Shown in pieces: positions 62,690 to 64,000 of a stretch of DNA of 64,000 bases. Under the pieces are notes generated by a model. It was given only the letters and a program-made list of their open reading frames with translations. It ran no database searches and was not told the DNA's origin. Origin of the DNA: Glaucostegus cemiculus (taxonomy: Eukaryota); NCBI GenBank assembly GCA_976551045.1, contig CDPCPM010000153.1, forward strand, positions 3,534,001-3,598,000, written 5' to 3'. The position numbers were made by a program, and so were the translations under genes. How positions within the stretch are numbered: position 1 is the first letter of the stretch; every line of letters begins with the position of its first letter.

Positions 62690-63435
62690 TACAAAGTGTT
62701 TTGCACAACATCAAAGTGCTTTATAGCTATTGAAATAATTTTGAAGTGTAGTCACTGTTGTAATTTAGGAAACACGTTTTGCAAACAACAAGCCCCACAA
62801 ATAGCAGTGTGATGCCTGATAATGTTTTGTGACTTTGATTGAGAGATGAATATTGGCCTTTGGACATCGGAGAGAACACGACGGCACAGTGATGCAGCCA
62901 GTAGAGCTGCTGCCTCACAGTGCCAGTGAGCCGGGTTCAATCCCGACCTCTGGCGCTGTGTGTGTGGAGTTTGCACATTCTCCCTGTGACTGTGTGGGGT
63001 TCCCCTGGGTGCTCCAATTTCCTCCCACATCACAAAGACATGTGGGTTGGCAGGTTAATTGTCCCTAGTGTGTGGGTGAGTGGTAGAGTCTGGGGAAGAT
63101 TATAAGAATGTGGGCAGAATATAAAGAAATGGGATTAATGTAGGATTAGTGTAAAAAGGTTGATGGTCATTGTAGGCTTGGTGGACTGAAGGGCCTGTGC
63201 TGTATCTCTCTGACACTCTATAACTTCCATAAAATAGTGCTGTGAAAATCTTGTACATCCACTTTAGAAAGCAGGTGGATGTAAAAGATTTAACGTCTCA
63301 TCTGGAAGATGGCATCTCCAACAATGCGGCACTCCTTCAGTACTGACTGGTGTGGTGACCCTAGATTTATTATTCAAGTCACTGAAATAGTACTTCAACC
63401 TAAAGTGTTCTGACTTCAGCTACCAACTGAGCATT
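62690..63435 (-). mobile_element. Deu-domain SINE split by a V-SINE insertion
   Basis: Body at 62690-62878 (gaatattggcc...gacatcggagagaac) resumes at 63226 (aatagtgc...tttaacgtctcatc...cggcactccttcagtac) and runs to the head gctaccaactgagc. Confidence 0.7.
62882..63222 (+). mobile_element. Full-length V-SINE (HE1-like) with CR1-type tail
   Basis: ggcacagtgatgcagccagtagagc...ccgggttcaatccc head, V domain gtgtggagtttgcacattctccctgtg, and the tail ggactgaagggcctgtgctgtatc. Confidence 0.88.
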
Positions 63436-64000
63436 GTGCTGCAGGCATCACCTCTTAGGCTTCTCCCTACTTCTATCTCCTAATTGTCTTCCAGTATCTC
63501 TGTACCACTCTTACAATGGTGCATTAGGATGTATGTCTCATCTTTGCTGAGGACATTCGGTAAAAAGTGTTAGTCTCAAAGGTGGCTACTGGGAACAGGA
63601 GGAGCAGGCTTTGCAGCAGGGGTAGAAACTAGGACATTAGCAGTTGAGGTTGATGTATGAGATAAAATAGATGCTGGCAACGTGGGACACAAAATCTCAT
63701 TGGGGCTCCATCAAAGTTACTTTAGGGAGTCGGTGTTGGACTTGGGAGTATTAATCTGTACTTGCGAAGATTAATACTGAAGTGTACTGCAGATCCCAAG
63801 AGAAAGTAACTTGCATCTGGGGTCAGTGTGAAGAAGCAGCACTCATGTTCTGGAGCGAGCAGTGAAACCCTCATTGACAATAAGACCAGATGCTGAAGGT
63901 TGTTATTTTCTTTTAACCCTTCACTCTCCTGGGATTCAAATCAGACCAGACTGTTTTTTTAAAAAAAAACAATAATTTTTTAAATTTTCTTTCACATTTT

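Overview
Eukaryotic, repeat-rich genomic DNA, not prokaryotic. The HE1-type V-SINEs, Deu-domain SINEs and the CR1, RTE, Rex1 and Penelope-like fragments point to a cartilaginous fish (shark or ray). The only host coding sequence I can support is two + strand exons of SPRYD3 (14766-14915 and 60856-60913), which join in frame across a 45,940-nt GT-AG intron. The rest is intronic and largely decayed retroelements, so nearly all ORFs in the supplied track are LINE debris or noise. Most notable observations: (i) many short Penelope-derived elements carrying minimal hammerhead-ribozyme motifs, several sense to the SPRYD3 pre-mRNA and several arranged as palindromes, including a 66-bp hairpin about 185 nt upstream of an exon; (ii) a solo-LTR-like insert with an antisense TATA/CCAAT promoter and splice donor, flanked by a 53-bp duplication; (iii) a candidate 30-nt in-frame microexon or recursive splice site in mid-intron; (iv) an RTE copy with twin-priming-like geometry, two inverted duplications and a perfect 28-bp minisatellite. 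Exon, hairpin and minisatellite coordinates were counted base by base. Repeat boundaries are approximate (tens of nt). Family names come from recognising motifs, not from database searches.
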